This document shows positions 54,389-64,000 of a stretch of DNA of 64,000 nucleotides, one piece after another (position 1 is the stretch's first letter; the number at the start of each line of letters is the position of its first letter). This DNA comes from a virus: IMG/VR virus record IMGVR_UViG_3300029305_003176; one strand, written 5' to 3'. The position numbers and the translations under genes were made by a program. Under the pieces are notes generated by a model, which searched no databases, was not told where the DNA came from, and worked only from the letters and a program-made list of their open reading frames with translations.

Positions 54389-54847
54389 ATGGAAGTAGAA
54401 ATGGGTTTAAAATTTTGTAAAAAATGTGGACATATCGGTACGCAAGCACTGGATGTTGCTTGGTGCCCTCATTGTTTTGTTGGTGATAACCTTATGGTAC
54501 TTAATGAAACCAATGTTCCGAATTATGCCCAATTTGAATTAATGCCTAAAGAAGAACAATATAAATATATGCTCAAATTAGGTTACTATATTGATCCAGA
54601 TGAACATAAAAGATATTTAGCGCATATGAAGCAAAAAGAGCAATGGAATGCTGAATATAAAGCATATCAAGCAAGGCTTGCAAAACAAGCAGCTAACAAA
54701 GTTGTCGTCACTTGCCCTTATTGTAAGTCAACCGACACTAAGAAAATCTCAGGCGCATCTCGTTGGTTATCTACAGGATTGTTTGGATTGGGTAGTGGTA
54801 AAGCTGGCAAACAATGGCACTGTAGAAAGTGTAATTCGGATTTTTAG
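54389..54847 (+). CDS. moron: double zinc-ribbon protein (152 aa)
   Basis: CKKCGH…CPHC and CPYCKS…CRKCNS. Own promoter and RBS (aaaggagttg). Opposite orientation to the flanking tail genes. Confidence 0.5.
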   Translation: MEVEMGLKFCKKCGHIGTQALDVAWCPHCFVGDNLMVLNETNVPNYAQFELMPKEEQYKYMLKLGYYIDPDEHKRYLAHMKQKEQWNAEYKAYQARLAKQAANKVVVTCPYCKSTDTKKISGASRWLSTGLFGLGSGKAGKQWHCRKCNSDF

Positions 54848-54856
54848 AGGTTTTAT

Positions 54857-55039
54857 ATGCTAAGGATTTTTTGTTGTCCCAAATGTAAAATGATCGCCCA
54901 TCTCCACAGTAGAAGAGAGGTAATCTGCAATAAATGTAATCTACCCATGATAAAATTATATATGAATAGAGATGAATATTTATCTTTAAACGAATTAGAA
55001 AGAAAAACTCAAATTGATAATTTTTTAAAATCTAATTAA
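54857..55039 (+). CDS. moron: small zinc-ribbon protein (60 aa)
   Basis: CCPKCK…CNKCN. Follows the first moron ORF. Confidence 0.4.
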   Translation: MLRIFCCPKCKMIAHLHSRREVICNKCNLPMIKLYMNRDEYLSLNELERKTQIDNFLKSN

Positions 55040-55524
55040 TCCACAATGTGTTAGGTTATCATAGGTATGATTTTGAGTTTCCTACGATTTTATCTAATAT
55101 ATATAAATTCTTTTTATCTATTTGGTTAGGCATCATCTATGTTCTAACTTACTGATGCTATAAGCCCTAACTGAATAGAAGAGTATGAACATAAATACTC
55201 TATTAATTAAGTGCTATTCTCACTTTAGTCCGTGACTATACTTTTATGAACTTTCATCCATATCACGATGATAGTCGATGAGGTTTCTTCTCATAGAGAA
55301 GCTTCGCCTGCGGATTGGCAAACTCAGTTTCCTGATTATATTGACGTTGTTACCATACCTCATGCTTTCACATTCGCCACTTATAATGTCACCATTATAG
55401 TTTGGTATTCAATATTTTAATTTGCTTCATAACTATTTCTAGTTACTTTTCTTCCCCGTTCTATAATTAATAATAGAAAAGTGTTTTCACTCCATTTAAC
55501 GTGATTTAACTATAGGAGTCCTTA
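55040..55524. other. ~480-nt non-coding stretch of locally higher GC with internal inverted repeats, between the moron genes and the upstream tape-measure gene
   Basis: No ORF of 60 aa or more on either strand. Composition differs from the surroundings. Contains CGTGA…TCACG and AGAGTAT…ATACTCT hairpins. Confidence 0.3.
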
Positions 55525-58500
55525 TTATGCTATACATAACTCGTACACGTCACCGTTAAACTCCTCGAAGGCATATTTAATAAGGGTAAACTTTTTAACC
55601 CTACCTTCGCCTTTTACAGCACCAAATAATCCGGCTGCTGTCATTGCAATACTATTAAATGCACCAAAATTATTTGCTGCATCTAAAATACTTTTTGCCA
55701 AATCTAAAAAGAACGTTATCGTCTCTCTATTATTTTCACTAACAAAAAGATTATCCCATGAATTTTTAAGTTGAGCCATATGTCCTTCAATAGATTCAAG
55801 ATAAGCTTCATTTTCTTTTAAAGCCGAGCCTTCTGAATCAAGAGCATACGCATATGCTTCTTCAAGAACATCTGGAGACTGCAATACTGACGCCAGGATG
55901 TTACTGCGGTTTTTGCCAGACATCATTTCAAGTAATGCATTTTGTCTGTTCTCGCCAGTTACTAAATCTTCCTCTGCAATTTTATCCCATACCTTTGCAA
56001 TGTCAAGCAATACTTCATATGTACTACGATAATTGCCATTCATATCAAGAAGTGATACGCCAAAATTACCTTGAGTTTTAGTAAGGTCTTTAATTTGTTG
56101 ATCAAGCTTAGAAGTAGTAGTAACAACAAAGTCGTCTACATCTTCTCCAAGTGCGGCAAGTTCTTCTCTAGCCGCTTCTGTACCTGTTAATCTTAAAGCT
56201 ATGGTTCTTAAACCTGTTCCTACTTTTGACGGGTCTTGAACTACAGTGTTAGCAGCAGTAGCAAGTGCTGCGGCTTCGTAAAAATCATTCTTTGCTGTTT
56301 TTAAAGAACTTGCTGAATTTTGTAAAGCTGTAGCTAAACCATCTGTAGATATTGCAAAATTGTTACCAAGATTATTTACTACATCAATGATTTCTCCTTT
56401 TTCAAGATCTTTAAATGCTTGGCTCATAGAAACCAAAGAACTAGTCGCTTCATCTATAGATTCGAATTCAGACACATTGAATAAAATATTTGCATCTTGT
56501 GCTGATTGTTTTGCTTCCTCTAAGCTTTCGCCTAATCTCATCCAATCGGCAGTACTATTTTGAATTTGTTGAGCAGTAGTACCTATCTCATTAGCCAATT
56601 CAAAACTTTCGGTTTGAAACTCTTTTAAAATACGAATACTCTCATCTGACACCTTATTCATTTCAGTAAGAGCTTTATCGTATTCTCTAATAGTTTCAAT
56701 AGCCTGTCGTCCATATCTAAGAATATCTTGAAAACTAAAGTACTGAGCTATAAACTTGCTATTCATATCTCCTAGTCGTTGTGCGGCTTGAGAGAATAGT
56801 GTTTTACCAGTTTTTCCGCTACTTTTTAATTCTGCATCTAATCGGGCAACTCTTTTTATTAAATTATCCAATTCTTTGTCTGTGATTTGAATTTTTCCAT
56901 CTGTATCAAATGCTTGTCTTAAACTGTCTCTTAGTTGCTCGTATTTTATGCGCAAACTATAGGCCATTCTATCATTTTTACGCATCTGATCTTCTATATG
57001 TTCTAAGGTGCTATAAGCTTTTGTTTCATCGGCTATTACTACATCTACTCTTCCAATAGATTCTTTTAATTTTTCAAAATCAGAAATAATTTCATTTATG
57101 GTATTTCCAAGTACTTTAAAATTATCATCTGAAAGAAATTCAACATTACTTTCTTTAATGCTTCCAATCTTAGTATGAAGTTCGCTTAATTTTTTATTAT
57201 ACTCATTGACATACTTTAAGTCTTTTGGATTTATTTGGCTTCTATTTACCTTTAATTCATATTTTTCGGCAAATTCATTAAGATATGTTTTAAGTCCTCC
57301 AGGCAACACTTTTTTAAACGTATTTTGCATCTCTGCTAAATCATTTTTAGCTTTTTCTGTCGCAAACGGAGAATTAGCAAACTTATCTTTGGCCTCTATC
57401 GCATCATTTATATTTTTCTCCAATTCTTTTAAAAGAAGTTGCTCTTTTGGGTATAATTTGTCTTCTCTAAGTTTTAAATCATAATAAGTCTTGAGTTTGT
57501 TAATTAATTTTTCATAACTCTTAATTGCCTGATTATTGGCATCGTCTGATAATTTATTTGTATCTTTTTCTTCAATATTGCCTTGAGTAACACCCACAGC
57601 TTCTTTTGTCTGTTTTATCTTTTGAGAAGTAGCGGTTATAATAGTTGCTAAATTCTTCAAGTTATCAGAATGACTAATCAATTCTTTGATATCAGAAAGA
57701 AATTGCTGGCCTTGACCACCTATATTATTTAAATTACTCTTTAATGTCAAGATTGCATTTGCAAGCTTTTGTAAATTATCAACATTTGATTTTGATATTT
57801 TAAATCCTTCTAATATATTTCCAATATTACCTAATGAAGATGTGTCTATATTATTAAGAGATTCAGTTATATCTTTTAAAACCTTTTGAGTATTTTCATC
57901 GAGATTAGTAGTGTCAAAAGATAAGTTGATAGTAACTTTAGAAATTTGTTCTAATAACTCTCTAATAGTAATAAGTTCGCCTTCGAGAGCTTCAAGTTTA
58001 GCAATCTCTGTAGGAATTATTAAATCAACTGCAGCTTTTTCATTATGAAAAGCCTGAGTCTTTCTATCAATTTCTTCGATTACTAAAGATACTGCTTTTT
58101 CTAATTCCTTTAACTTGGCCTTTTCTGCATCAATTGAACTGGTATTAGGAATTGAGTTATCAATGCTTAACGCTTTCTCTTTAGCTTCTTCAGATGCTAT
58201 AGCCTCTTTATTGGAAGCAATTATCTTTTCGTTGGCTTGTTTAACTTCTATAGCAGTTTCTTTGGTAATTTCATCTGCTTTACTGTCTGATGAAAGAGGA
58301 GTTTGATTGACTTTTGGTTTATAATCCAAAACTGCTTGCAAATCAGCTCTATAACCTTCGGCTAATGGTTTTAACTGGTTGTATAATTCAGTATGCTTTG
58401 CCAAAGATTTGGCAGTGCCATTAGCCCTTGAGGCATATTCTTCGTAAAAGGCAATAAACTTTACAGCCCATTGATATTGATGCTCCCAATCCCATTGATT

Positions 58501-59937
58501 ATTAATAGAAAGATCATAAGCTTCATGAGCGTTCTTTAAATCAGTTAATACTTGACGAGTACTAGACATACTCGTAGCTTCATCTGAATTTAGAGTTCTA
58601 TTAATACTTGCTTTATCCCATGAATCATGCGAACTTTCTCTTCTTTCATATGCTTCTTTAATTGCATCTGCTGTAACCCTGGCTTGATTTTCTGTTTCTT
58701 TAAGTTTGTTCTGAATCTTTTCTTGTCCTTCAATAACAGGCTGTACGTCATCAGTACCCGATAAAACCTCTGTTTGATTCCATGAACCATCAACTAAAGA
58801 ATAGCCTCTGCTTTCTAAAGAACTACCAGCACTAGCAATGACGTTATTATGAAAATCAATAGTTTCTTGTTTCTTAGAAGTTTTTAACGCCTTTTCTGAT
58901 TTTTTATATGTAGCTATCAATTCCTCAACACTAGCTTTTTCATAATCAATTTGTTTTCGAGTTTCTTTAATAGCTTTTTGCTTTTTTTCTTCTACTTTTA
59001 CAACATCTTCTACAGTTTCAGAACTTTTATCCGAAGAAGGTTTTCCTTTTTCGACTTTTTTAGGTTTGTTAGACTTATCAACAATTTCTTGTGTTGTTTC
59101 AATTTCTGATTTTGCCTCTTTTAATATAGGCACGAGCCTTTTGGCGGTGTCATAAAGAGTATTATAAAATTCTATTCTATTTTTTATTCCAACGTCTTTA
59201 TCATATCCAGTATTGGTAAGTTCCGCTTTTACAAGATCTTCATAATCTTTATTTTTATTTCCGCCTAGTTCTTGATGAGCGGCATATAAAGACAAAAATC
59301 GTTTTATACCGTTGGTACTATAAAGGTTGTCGCTATCGAATATTTTTTTTAATTTCTTCTCTATTGAGCTAATATCTAAACCGGTGTTATCTAATTCTCC
59401 AATTAAATCAAAATTTCCCCATTTTTTTACATACTTTGATTTAGCTTGTTCTACGATTTTTTCAGCATTTTCTAATTGCTTTTTTACTGAAATTTCAATA
59501 TTTTTTTTCGCCTTAGTGTTTACGGCTTCTTCAATTGCCGGGCCAACTTCAACTTTGGCTTTAACTTTGTGTTTTTTAGTATCTTTATTAACTTCATCCT
59601 GAACTTCGTCAATTTGTTCATCGACTATCTTTTTTGTTTTTTTCTTAGATTCTTCATTAGAACTTTTTTCAATCATTAACTCAGTTTCGGCCATAACCTC
59701 TATCTTTTGTTTATTAGTCTCTTTATTGATTTCCGATGAAATTTCTTTTGCTTGTTCTTTTGCTGATTTTTTAACCCTTTCCTTGGCCTTTCTACTTCTT
59801 TCTTTTAAGATTTTTTCTCCACGGTCAAAACCTTCATCTGTCGCTTCAGAAAAAGCATCGGTAATTACTGAGGTGATATCTTCTTTTAGTCCATCTTTTA
59901 AAAAACCTAAATCATATTTTTTTTTCAATATAATCAC
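55525..59937 (-). CDS. tail tape measure protein (TP901-family-like core region)
   Basis: 1470 aa and coiled-coil-rich. The C-terminal third (…ANILFNVSEFESIDEATSSLVSMSQAF…VVQDPSKVGTGLRTIALRL…) resembles the conserved TMP core. Confidence 0.55.
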   Translation of the reverse strand: MIILKKKYDLGFLKDGLKEDITSVITDAFSEATDEGFDRGEKILKERSRKAKERVKKSAKEQAKEISSEINKETNKQKIEVMAETELMIEKSSNEESKKKTKKIVDEQIDEVQDEVNKDTKKHKVKAKVEVGPAIEEAVNTKAKKNIEISVKKQLENAEKIVEQAKSKYVKKWGNFDLIGELDNTGLDISSIEKKLKKIFDSDNLYSTNGIKRFLSLYAAHQELGGNKNKDYEDLVKAELTNTGYDKDVGIKNRIEFYNTLYDTAKRLVPILKEAKSEIETTQEIVDKSNKPKKVEKGKPSSDKSSETVEDVVKVEEKKQKAIKETRKQIDYEKASVEELIATYKKSEKALKTSKKQETIDFHNNVIASAGSSLESRGYSLVDGSWNQTEVLSGTDDVQPVIEGQEKIQNKLKETENQARVTADAIKEAYERRESSHDSWDKASINRTLNSDEATSMSSTRQVLTDLKNAHEAYDLSINNQWDWEHQYQWAVKFIAFYEEYASRANGTAKSLAKHTELYNQLKPLAEGYRADLQAVLDYKPKVNQTPLSSDSKADEITKETAIEVKQANEKIIASNKEAIASEEAKEKALSIDNSIPNTSSIDAEKAKLKELEKAVSLVIEEIDRKTQAFHNEKAAVDLIIPTEIAKLEALEGELITIRELLEQISKVTINLSFDTTNLDENTQKVLKDITESLNNIDTSSLGNIGNILEGFKISKSNVDNLQKLANAILTLKSNLNNIGGQGQQFLSDIKELISHSDNLKNLATIITATSQKIKQTKEAVGVTQGNIEEKDTNKLSDDANNQAIKSYEKLINKLKTYYDLKLREDKLYPKEQLLLKELEKNINDAIEAKDKFANSPFATEKAKNDLAEMQNTFKKVLPGGLKTYLNEFAEKYELKVNRSQINPKDLKYVNEYNKKLSELHTKIGSIKESNVEFLSDDNFKVLGNTINEIISDFEKLKESIGRVDVVIADETKAYSTLEHIEDQMRKNDRMAYSLRIKYEQLRDSLRQAFDTDGKIQITDKELDNLIKRVARLDAELKSSGKTGKTLFSQAAQRLGDMNSKFIAQYFSFQDILRYGRQAIETIREYDKALTEMNKVSDESIRILKEFQTESFELANEIGTTAQQIQNSTADWMRLGESLEEAKQSAQDANILFNVSEFESIDEATSSLVSMSQAFKDLEKGEIIDVVNNLGNNFAISTDGLATALQNSASSLKTAKNDFYEAAALATAANTVVQDPSKVGTGLRTIALRLTGTEAAREELAALGEDVDDFVVTTTSKLDQQIKDLTKTQGNFGVSLLDMNGNYRSTYEVLLDIAKVWDKIAEEDLVTGENRQNALLEMMSGKNRSNILASVLQSPDVLEEAYAYALDSEGSALKENEAYLESIEGHMAQLKNSWDNLFVSENNRETITFFLDLAKSILDAANNFGAFNSIAMTAAGLFGAVKGEGRVKKFTLIKYAFEEFNGDVYELCIA

Positions 59938-60543
59938 CTACCTTATATTAATTTTTCTAAAAGCATCTCTCCTATACTTATTGTTTACTGTAAATGCAAT
60001 CTCTTTAAAATGCGAATCAAATATATCAAAAATTTGATTTGGAGTTCCGCTTAATGTACCAAAATATTTTGTCTTAACCGTTGCAGACCAATGGTTATCA
60101 TATGATGCAAAACCATTTTTTATATATTCATCCTCTAATCCACGAATACCTTTCATTACGTTGTCTAATACATATTTAGCACTAACCAATTTTCGCCTAC
60201 CCTCACCGTTTTTATAAGATTTGTAAGGGGCCATATTATCAGCGTTTATTTCTATATAAAAACTAGTCAATTCTCCTCCTTTGTAATTTAAGTGTATTTG
60301 ATTTGCACGATATAAATTTATACCTGTCCCCGTGCCTTTACCAACTTCATGTCGGCGGTAACTTTTTGTTTGGTATAAATAAAATTGGTCAATACAACTA
60401 TCAAAAATATTAGAAGCTTCTTTACATAATTCTTTAACTGTTCGTTCTATAGAATTAACCGCAGCATCATAAAATTTTTCCACATATCTATCAATAAGAA
60501 TTTGTCTTCTTTTTGCATATTCCGTTTCTATTTTACGTGGCAT
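59938..60543 (-). CDS. hypothetical protein (201 aa) immediately upstream of the tape-measure gene
   Basis: ORF; position only. Confidence 0.3.
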   Translation of the reverse strand: MPRKIETEYAKRRQILIDRYVEKFYDAAVNSIERTVKELCKEASNIFDSCIDQFYLYQTKSYRRHEVGKGTGTGINLYRANQIHLNYKGGELTSFYIEINADNMAPYKSYKNGEGRRKLVSAKYVLDNVMKGIRGLEDEYIKNGFASYDNHWSATVKTKYFGTLSGTPNQIFDIFDSHFKEIAFTVNNKYRRDAFRKINIR

Positions 60544-60606
60544 AGATAACCTCCTTTATATAATAATAGCCCTTATATATTTAAATATAAGGGCTTATAT
60601 TTTTAC

Positions 60607-61185
60607 TTAACCTTTCTTTAACGCCTTTTCAAATAAAGGCACAATCTTTTTCATTTTAGTTTCATCTTCAAGAACTTCAACCAACTTCTCAATACTAATA
60701 TTAGCAAGTCCACCAAATATTCCAGCAAATCTATTTACTTGCTTTGCAATAAACGCCTCGGTAGAGCAATTAGCATTATGCCAAGTATCTAAAACGGTAG
60801 CTTGTACATTCATAAGTTCTTCAAGATCAGAACCAATAGCATCATATATGTATGAAATTGCACCAGAAGTTCTTAATAAATCATATGAATTTAATGTTAA
60901 AGATTTACCGTCTTTATCTTTGTCTGGTGTAATATCTGTATATAATACAAGAATACCCATTATAAAATTAATCCTTGAAATAGTTAAATCAATGTAATCT
61001 ATATCTGCCTTTTTAACAGACTTCTCATTCATTAAATTTAATATTGAAATTTTTTGGGCAATAGGAGCATAAGTAGTAGTGATGTGCTCATTTACATATT
61101 TAGCTTTTAACTCTTCGGTCTTTAATCTATTAAACCCTTCTACGAATTTAGATACTGCAATTCTTTCTTTTTTATTCATAATCAT
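60607..61185 (-). CDS. hypothetical protein (192 aa), possible tail assembly chaperone by position
   Basis: ORF; position only. Confidence 0.3.
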   Translation of the reverse strand: MIMNKKERIAVSKFVEGFNRLKTEELKAKYVNEHITTTYAPIAQKISILNLMNEKSVKKADIDYIDLTISRINFIMGILVLYTDITPDKDKDGKSLTLNSYDLLRTSGAISYIYDAIGSDLEELMNVQATVLDTWHNANCSTEAFIAKQVNRFAGIFGGLANISIEKLVEVLEDETKMKKIVPLFEKALKKG

Positions 61186-61193
61186 TTCTCCTT

Positions 61194-61385
61194 TTAATCT
61201 TTATATACTTTAAACATCCAACTCCAACCATCTTTTGTTTCTATAACGTGATTATTCGACCCGCTATCATATCCTATAAAAGATATTTGAGGACTTTTCC
61301 TTGTATCAGAAATCTCAACATAAATAGAGGATGGAAGAGTATAATTATGTTCGTCCAAAATTTTGTGTATCTCCCACGAATACAT
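61194..61385 (-). CDS. hypothetical protein (63 aa)
   Basis: ORF only. Confidence 0.25.
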   Translation of the reverse strand: MYSWEIHKILDEHNYTLPSSIYVEISDTRKSPQISFIGYDSGSNNHVIETKDGWSWMFKVYKD

Positions 61386-61399
61386 TAAAAAAAATCTCC

Positions 61400-61876
61400 T
61401 TAACTAAATTTATTTGAATAAGCTCTCCCAAGTAAAATAGCATCAGAAACATCATCATTAGATTCTATGTTATAAAAATCACTCACAAGTTCCATAGACC
61501 ATTCTTTATAATTTTCTCTCTTGCGACCTTTGGGCTTTTTGTCTGTATCAATTAAACTTCTCCATTCGGTTGGTCTAAATGAATGGTACCAGATACCGTT
61601 TTCTATACATTTACCGTATATTGCACCCAATATCATAGTTAAGTTCCTTTGCGCTTGAGCATTACGAGTAACAACTGTTAATTCAGTTACAATAATATCT
61701 GGCTTTTCGGTACCAATTACTGTATAAATTTGTTTGATCATTTCTGTTATACGTTCATCTGTATTTTTTATTTTCTTCAAATCAATTAAAAAATGACGAG
61801 AAAGAGTCCCGTCAATAAAAATTGCTACACCGGTAGAATTACTAGATGTATCCAAACTTATTAATTTGCATTTCAT
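61400..61876 (-). CDS. RuvC-like Holliday junction resolvase (RNase H fold)
   Basis: Catalytic acidic residues in ISLDTSSNSTGVA, VTELT and DVSDAILLGRAY, matching phage RuvC/YqgF-type resolvases. Confidence 0.55.
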   Translation of the reverse strand: MKCKLISLDTSSNSTGVAIFIDGTLSRHFLIDLKKIKNTDERITEMIKQIYTVIGTEKPDIIVTELTVVTRNAQAQRNLTMILGAIYGKCIENGIWYHSFRPTEWRSLIDTDKKPKGRKRENYKEWSMELVSDFYNIESNDDVSDAILLGRAYSNKFS

Positions 61877-62325
61877 TTATCCTTTTTCTCCAATATCTTT
61901 CTATATTTCTTATATTCTCTACTTAAAGCCTGTGTCATAGCGAATAGTAATTGTTCATGTGTAAATTTTCTTTCTTGTTTTTTAGGCTTCTTTACACAGG
62001 ACATACTTTTATCTTTATATACCAACCAGATACCAATTCCGTTTGGTATATCATCTTTAACCTTTTCATATATATCTGCATTAAGAATGTAATAATTGTA
62101 ATCACCCCAAAAAGAAAGAGAAGCGGAAGAGTAGAAGTCGCTAACTGAGTTTTTGATTTCGAAACATTTCCATGCACCTGGTAATTCAAAGCACAACAAA
62201 TCAACTCTTTCTCTATGCTTAGTTTGTCTCTTTTTTATTTTTGGAGCAGCACATTCAAAGACCATATAAGTTCCTTTTTTCCATAGATACTTATATGCTA
62301 TATGTTCAATTTCTTTAGTTGTCAT
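61873..62325 (-). CDS. hypothetical protein with a PD-(D/E)xK-like motif (VDLLCFE…FEIK)
   Basis: D…E.K spacing is compatible with a restriction-endonuclease-fold nuclease. Weak. Confidence 0.3.
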   Translation of the reverse strand: MTTKEIEHIAYKYLWKKGTYMVFECAAPKIKKRQTKHRERVDLLCFELPGAWKCFEIKNSVSDFYSSASLSFWGDYNYYILNADIYEKVKDDIPNGIGIWLVYKDKSMSCVKKPKKQERKFTHEQLLFAMTQALSREYKKYRKILEKKDK

Positions 62326-62340
62326 TCCATTTTCTCCATA

Positions 62341-62372
62341 AAAAAAGACAAGTAGGTTTGACCCTACTTGTC
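62341..62372 (-). terminator. rho-independent terminator on the minus strand (GACAAGTAGGGTCAAACCTACTTGTC + U-run)
   Basis: Perfect 11-bp stem followed by TTTTTT on the minus strand. Confidence 0.55.
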
Positions 62373-62542
62373 CTTAGCAATTTTATTTTTCATCCAACTC
62401 CAGTCCAGTACTTGTTCGCATCTAGGACACATTTTATGTTCTGGTACTAAATCGAAATACCCACAAATAGGGCAATACGCATACCAACCGTCACAACTTA
62501 TTTCGGGATGAATAGGTATGTCTTTGTTTATTTTTTTATCCA

Positions 62543-63079
62543 CTAATCAATCTCCCTTAATTCACGCATTACTGGTTCAATAGTACTATGAACATATCCA
62601 TTGCCACCTCGTTTTTCATATTCTTCGAATAAATCCCAAAAGGCATCTTTTTCCAGTTTAGTCCATTCACCAATAAGTCTATATTTATTATAATAATTTA
62701 TAAGACTATCTTTTAATTCTTTCATCTTAGTTTCATCGTTCTTCTTTTGCATATCATCGAGTTTGGTACTAATAGCATCAACTGCTACTGTAAGTTTTTG
62801 TAAGTCCTGTCTAATTATTTCATCATGTCTAATGGATTGTCTCGTATCTTCTTTGTGTTTATTGTGTAGTTCAGATAAATCTTGTACTGTTTTAAGCAAT
62901 AATTCATGATCACTATTTCTATTTTTTAACCATTTAACTGGTCTGTTTATAATAACAGAGAACTTTTCAATAATATTAACTATGGCGACAAGACCAAACA
63001 TAACGATAAATATGCCTAGAATTAATGACGGTATATCTTGGTTAAATAATTCTATAATTGCATCCATATCGTATAACAC
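62543..63079 (-). CDS. hypothetical membrane-anchored coiled-coil protein (178 aa)
   Basis: N-terminal TM LILGIFIVMFGLVAIVNII. Confidence 0.3.
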   Translation of the reverse strand: MLYDMDAIIELFNQDIPSLILGIFIVMFGLVAIVNIIEKFSVIINRPVKWLKNRNSDHELLLKTVQDLSELHNKHKEDTRQSIRHDEIIRQDLQKLTVAVDAISTKLDDMQKKNDETKMKELKDSLINYYNKYRLIGEWTKLEKDAFWDLFEEYEKRGGNGYVHSTIEPVMRELREID

Positions 63080-63088
63080 CTCGTTTGA

Positions 63089-63469
63089 CTATTTCTTTAA
63101 ATCATAAAGTTTTGCTTCGATGAGTGTTTCAATATATTCTTCAAGGTCTTGATTTGCCACCTTTAAAGCTTTATATGCTGAATCAGTTAAAGCATAAATA
63201 GCTTTGTCTTTTGCTAACTTTAAAGCCTCTGCTTTAGTTTCTTCTGTCCAAGCCTCTGTGCCTTTAATTTGTTCAACATAAGTAGATTGAACATCTTTAA
63301 CTGCTTCAAGAACATTGTCTTTAAGGATATTTGTGTATTTATCTATCTTCTTTGATTTCGCCCAGGCATTTAACTCTTTTCCTACATATGTAAGAATAGG
63401 AAGTATTATAACTGTCCAAACAACTGAAATAAGTTCTTGGTAATCTAAGTTTGTAATTAATTCTTTCAT
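63089..63469 (-). CDS. hypothetical protein with a single N-terminal TM helix (126 aa; holin-like topology)
   Basis: ISVVWTVIILPILTYV, then an amphipathic charged tail. Family not assignable. Confidence 0.3.
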   Translation of the reverse strand: MKELITNLDYQELISVVWTVIILPILTYVGKELNAWAKSKKIDKYTNILKDNVLEAVKDVQSTYVEQIKGTEAWTEETKAEALKLAKDKAIYALTDSAYKALKVANQDLEEYIETLIEAKLYDLKK

Positions 63470-63472
63470 AAG

Positions 63473-63751
63473 TTATTCCTCCTCAATGATTTTGTATGTA
63501 ATTTTAATTGGCACAACTACTAACTCTGTATCTACACCAGTATCATAATAAAAATACCTAAGTATTTGCTTCATCACGTTTTTACTTACTGTTTTTGTAG
63601 CCTGTTCTATATCTTCTACAAAACAGTATTCATTCTTTGCTGGTGTCTTTCTAAGGTATAAAGTAGGGTTTCCCAATGTAGCTATTACATATTTCTTTGT
63701 TTCTTTTTCAATATAATCCATATTTATTACTCCAATTCGTGTGCCAACCAA
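63473..63751 (-). CDS. hypothetical protein (92 aa)
   Basis: ORF only. Confidence 0.3.
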   Translation of the reverse strand: MVGTRIGVINMDYIEKETKKYVIATLGNPTLYLRKTPAKNEYCFVEDIEQATKTVSKNVMKQILRYFYYDTGVDTELVVVPIKITYKIIEEE

Positions 63752-63948
63752 GCTTGGTATAGTTCTTTAGTGTCTTCCCTTAAAAAGATATATACAATGA
63801 TGTCATTGCCTTTTTCATCAATACTAGGATAAATATCAATAGGAAAAACCCTATTTTTAATATATAGACGAACTTGTTTTGGATTAATGATACGGCATAC
63901 TTCGGTTTCTGTATAATTTACAGGTTTTAAATTAGTTTCAATAATCAT
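63727..63948 (-). CDS. hypothetical protein (73 aa)
   Basis: ORF only. Confidence 0.3.
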   Translation of the reverse strand: MIIETNLKPVNYTETEVCRIINPKQVRLYIKNRVFPIDIYPSIDEKGNDIIVYIFLREDTKELYQAWLAHELE

Positions 63949-64000
63949 CCTTTTTCTCCTTTTATAAATAAAAAAAAGGGGTACAACCCAATAGTGAGTT

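Noticed and set aside
55525-59937. Treating the two giant coiled-coil proteins as two independent tape measure proteins and inferring a double-length tail.
   Set aside because: Only the upstream protein shows a tape-measure-type core region. The second has tape-measure-like termini plus LysM. Whether they are one split gene, a tape measure plus a tail lysin, or two tape measures cannot be decided from sequence, so only the observation is reported.
1-64000. Alternative genetic code (TGA = Trp, code 4) to explain the in-frame TGA in the methyltransferase at 17839.
   Set aside because: Numerous long genes (1096-1470 aa) are intact under the standard code and end at TGA, TAA or TAG as expected. 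A single internal TGA does not justify a recoded genome. It is reported as a local anomaly instead.

Overview
This 64-kb window is a low-GC (about 30%) temperate siphovirus-like phage or prophage segment, probably from a Firmicute host. Every call below rests on motifs read directly from the sequence, not on any search.

Modules, left to right:
- **1–10,200 (+):** an early region of small ORFs, many of them Cys4 zinc ribbons. It includes a NadR-PnuC NAD+ salvage pair and a bactofilin-like protein.
- **10,200–17,440 (+):** an RNA-centred module. It holds a polynucleotide kinase fused to an HD phosphoesterase, an array of about 10 tRNA-like genes, a large vWA (von Willebrand A) MIDAS protein resembling Ro60/TROVE (the Ro60 autoantigen's RNA-binding module) embedded in that array, an SPFH/band-7 protein, and an Rnl-type RNA ligase.
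- **17,690–38,900 (+):** DNA methyltransferases, replication and recombination genes, and a nucleotide-metabolism block. The nrdD gene in that block is split by a group-I-type intron carrying an endonuclease ORF.
- **38,689–40,600:** excisionase (xis), tyrosine integrase and an attP-like region of arm-type repeats.
- **40,886–63,948 (−):** endolysin (amidase_2 + SPOR, the sporulation-related peptidoglycan-binding repeat), tail fibre, tail-associated protein (Tal), distal tail protein (Dit), two giant tape-measure-like proteins, a RuvC-like resolvase and small late genes.

The most unusual observation is in the tRNA array. At least three tRNA genes (Lys, Pro, Tyr) and probably a fourth are interrupted, at the same place in the 5' strand of the anticodon stem, by related 37–44-nt hairpin-containing intervening sequences. 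Removing each one restores a perfectly paired canonical anticodon arm. The array is flanked by the kinase/phosphoesterase and the RNA ligase, which together are the enzymes needed to heal and seal spliced tRNA ends. It is also interspersed with a family of IR-flanked 60–70-nt elements that carry anticodon-like stem-loops and a shared GCAATTT motif. Several other tRNA-like genes have 8–10-nt anticodon loops, and one may carry a UUA (ochre-reading) anticodon. All RNA folds were done by hand and need computational confirmation.
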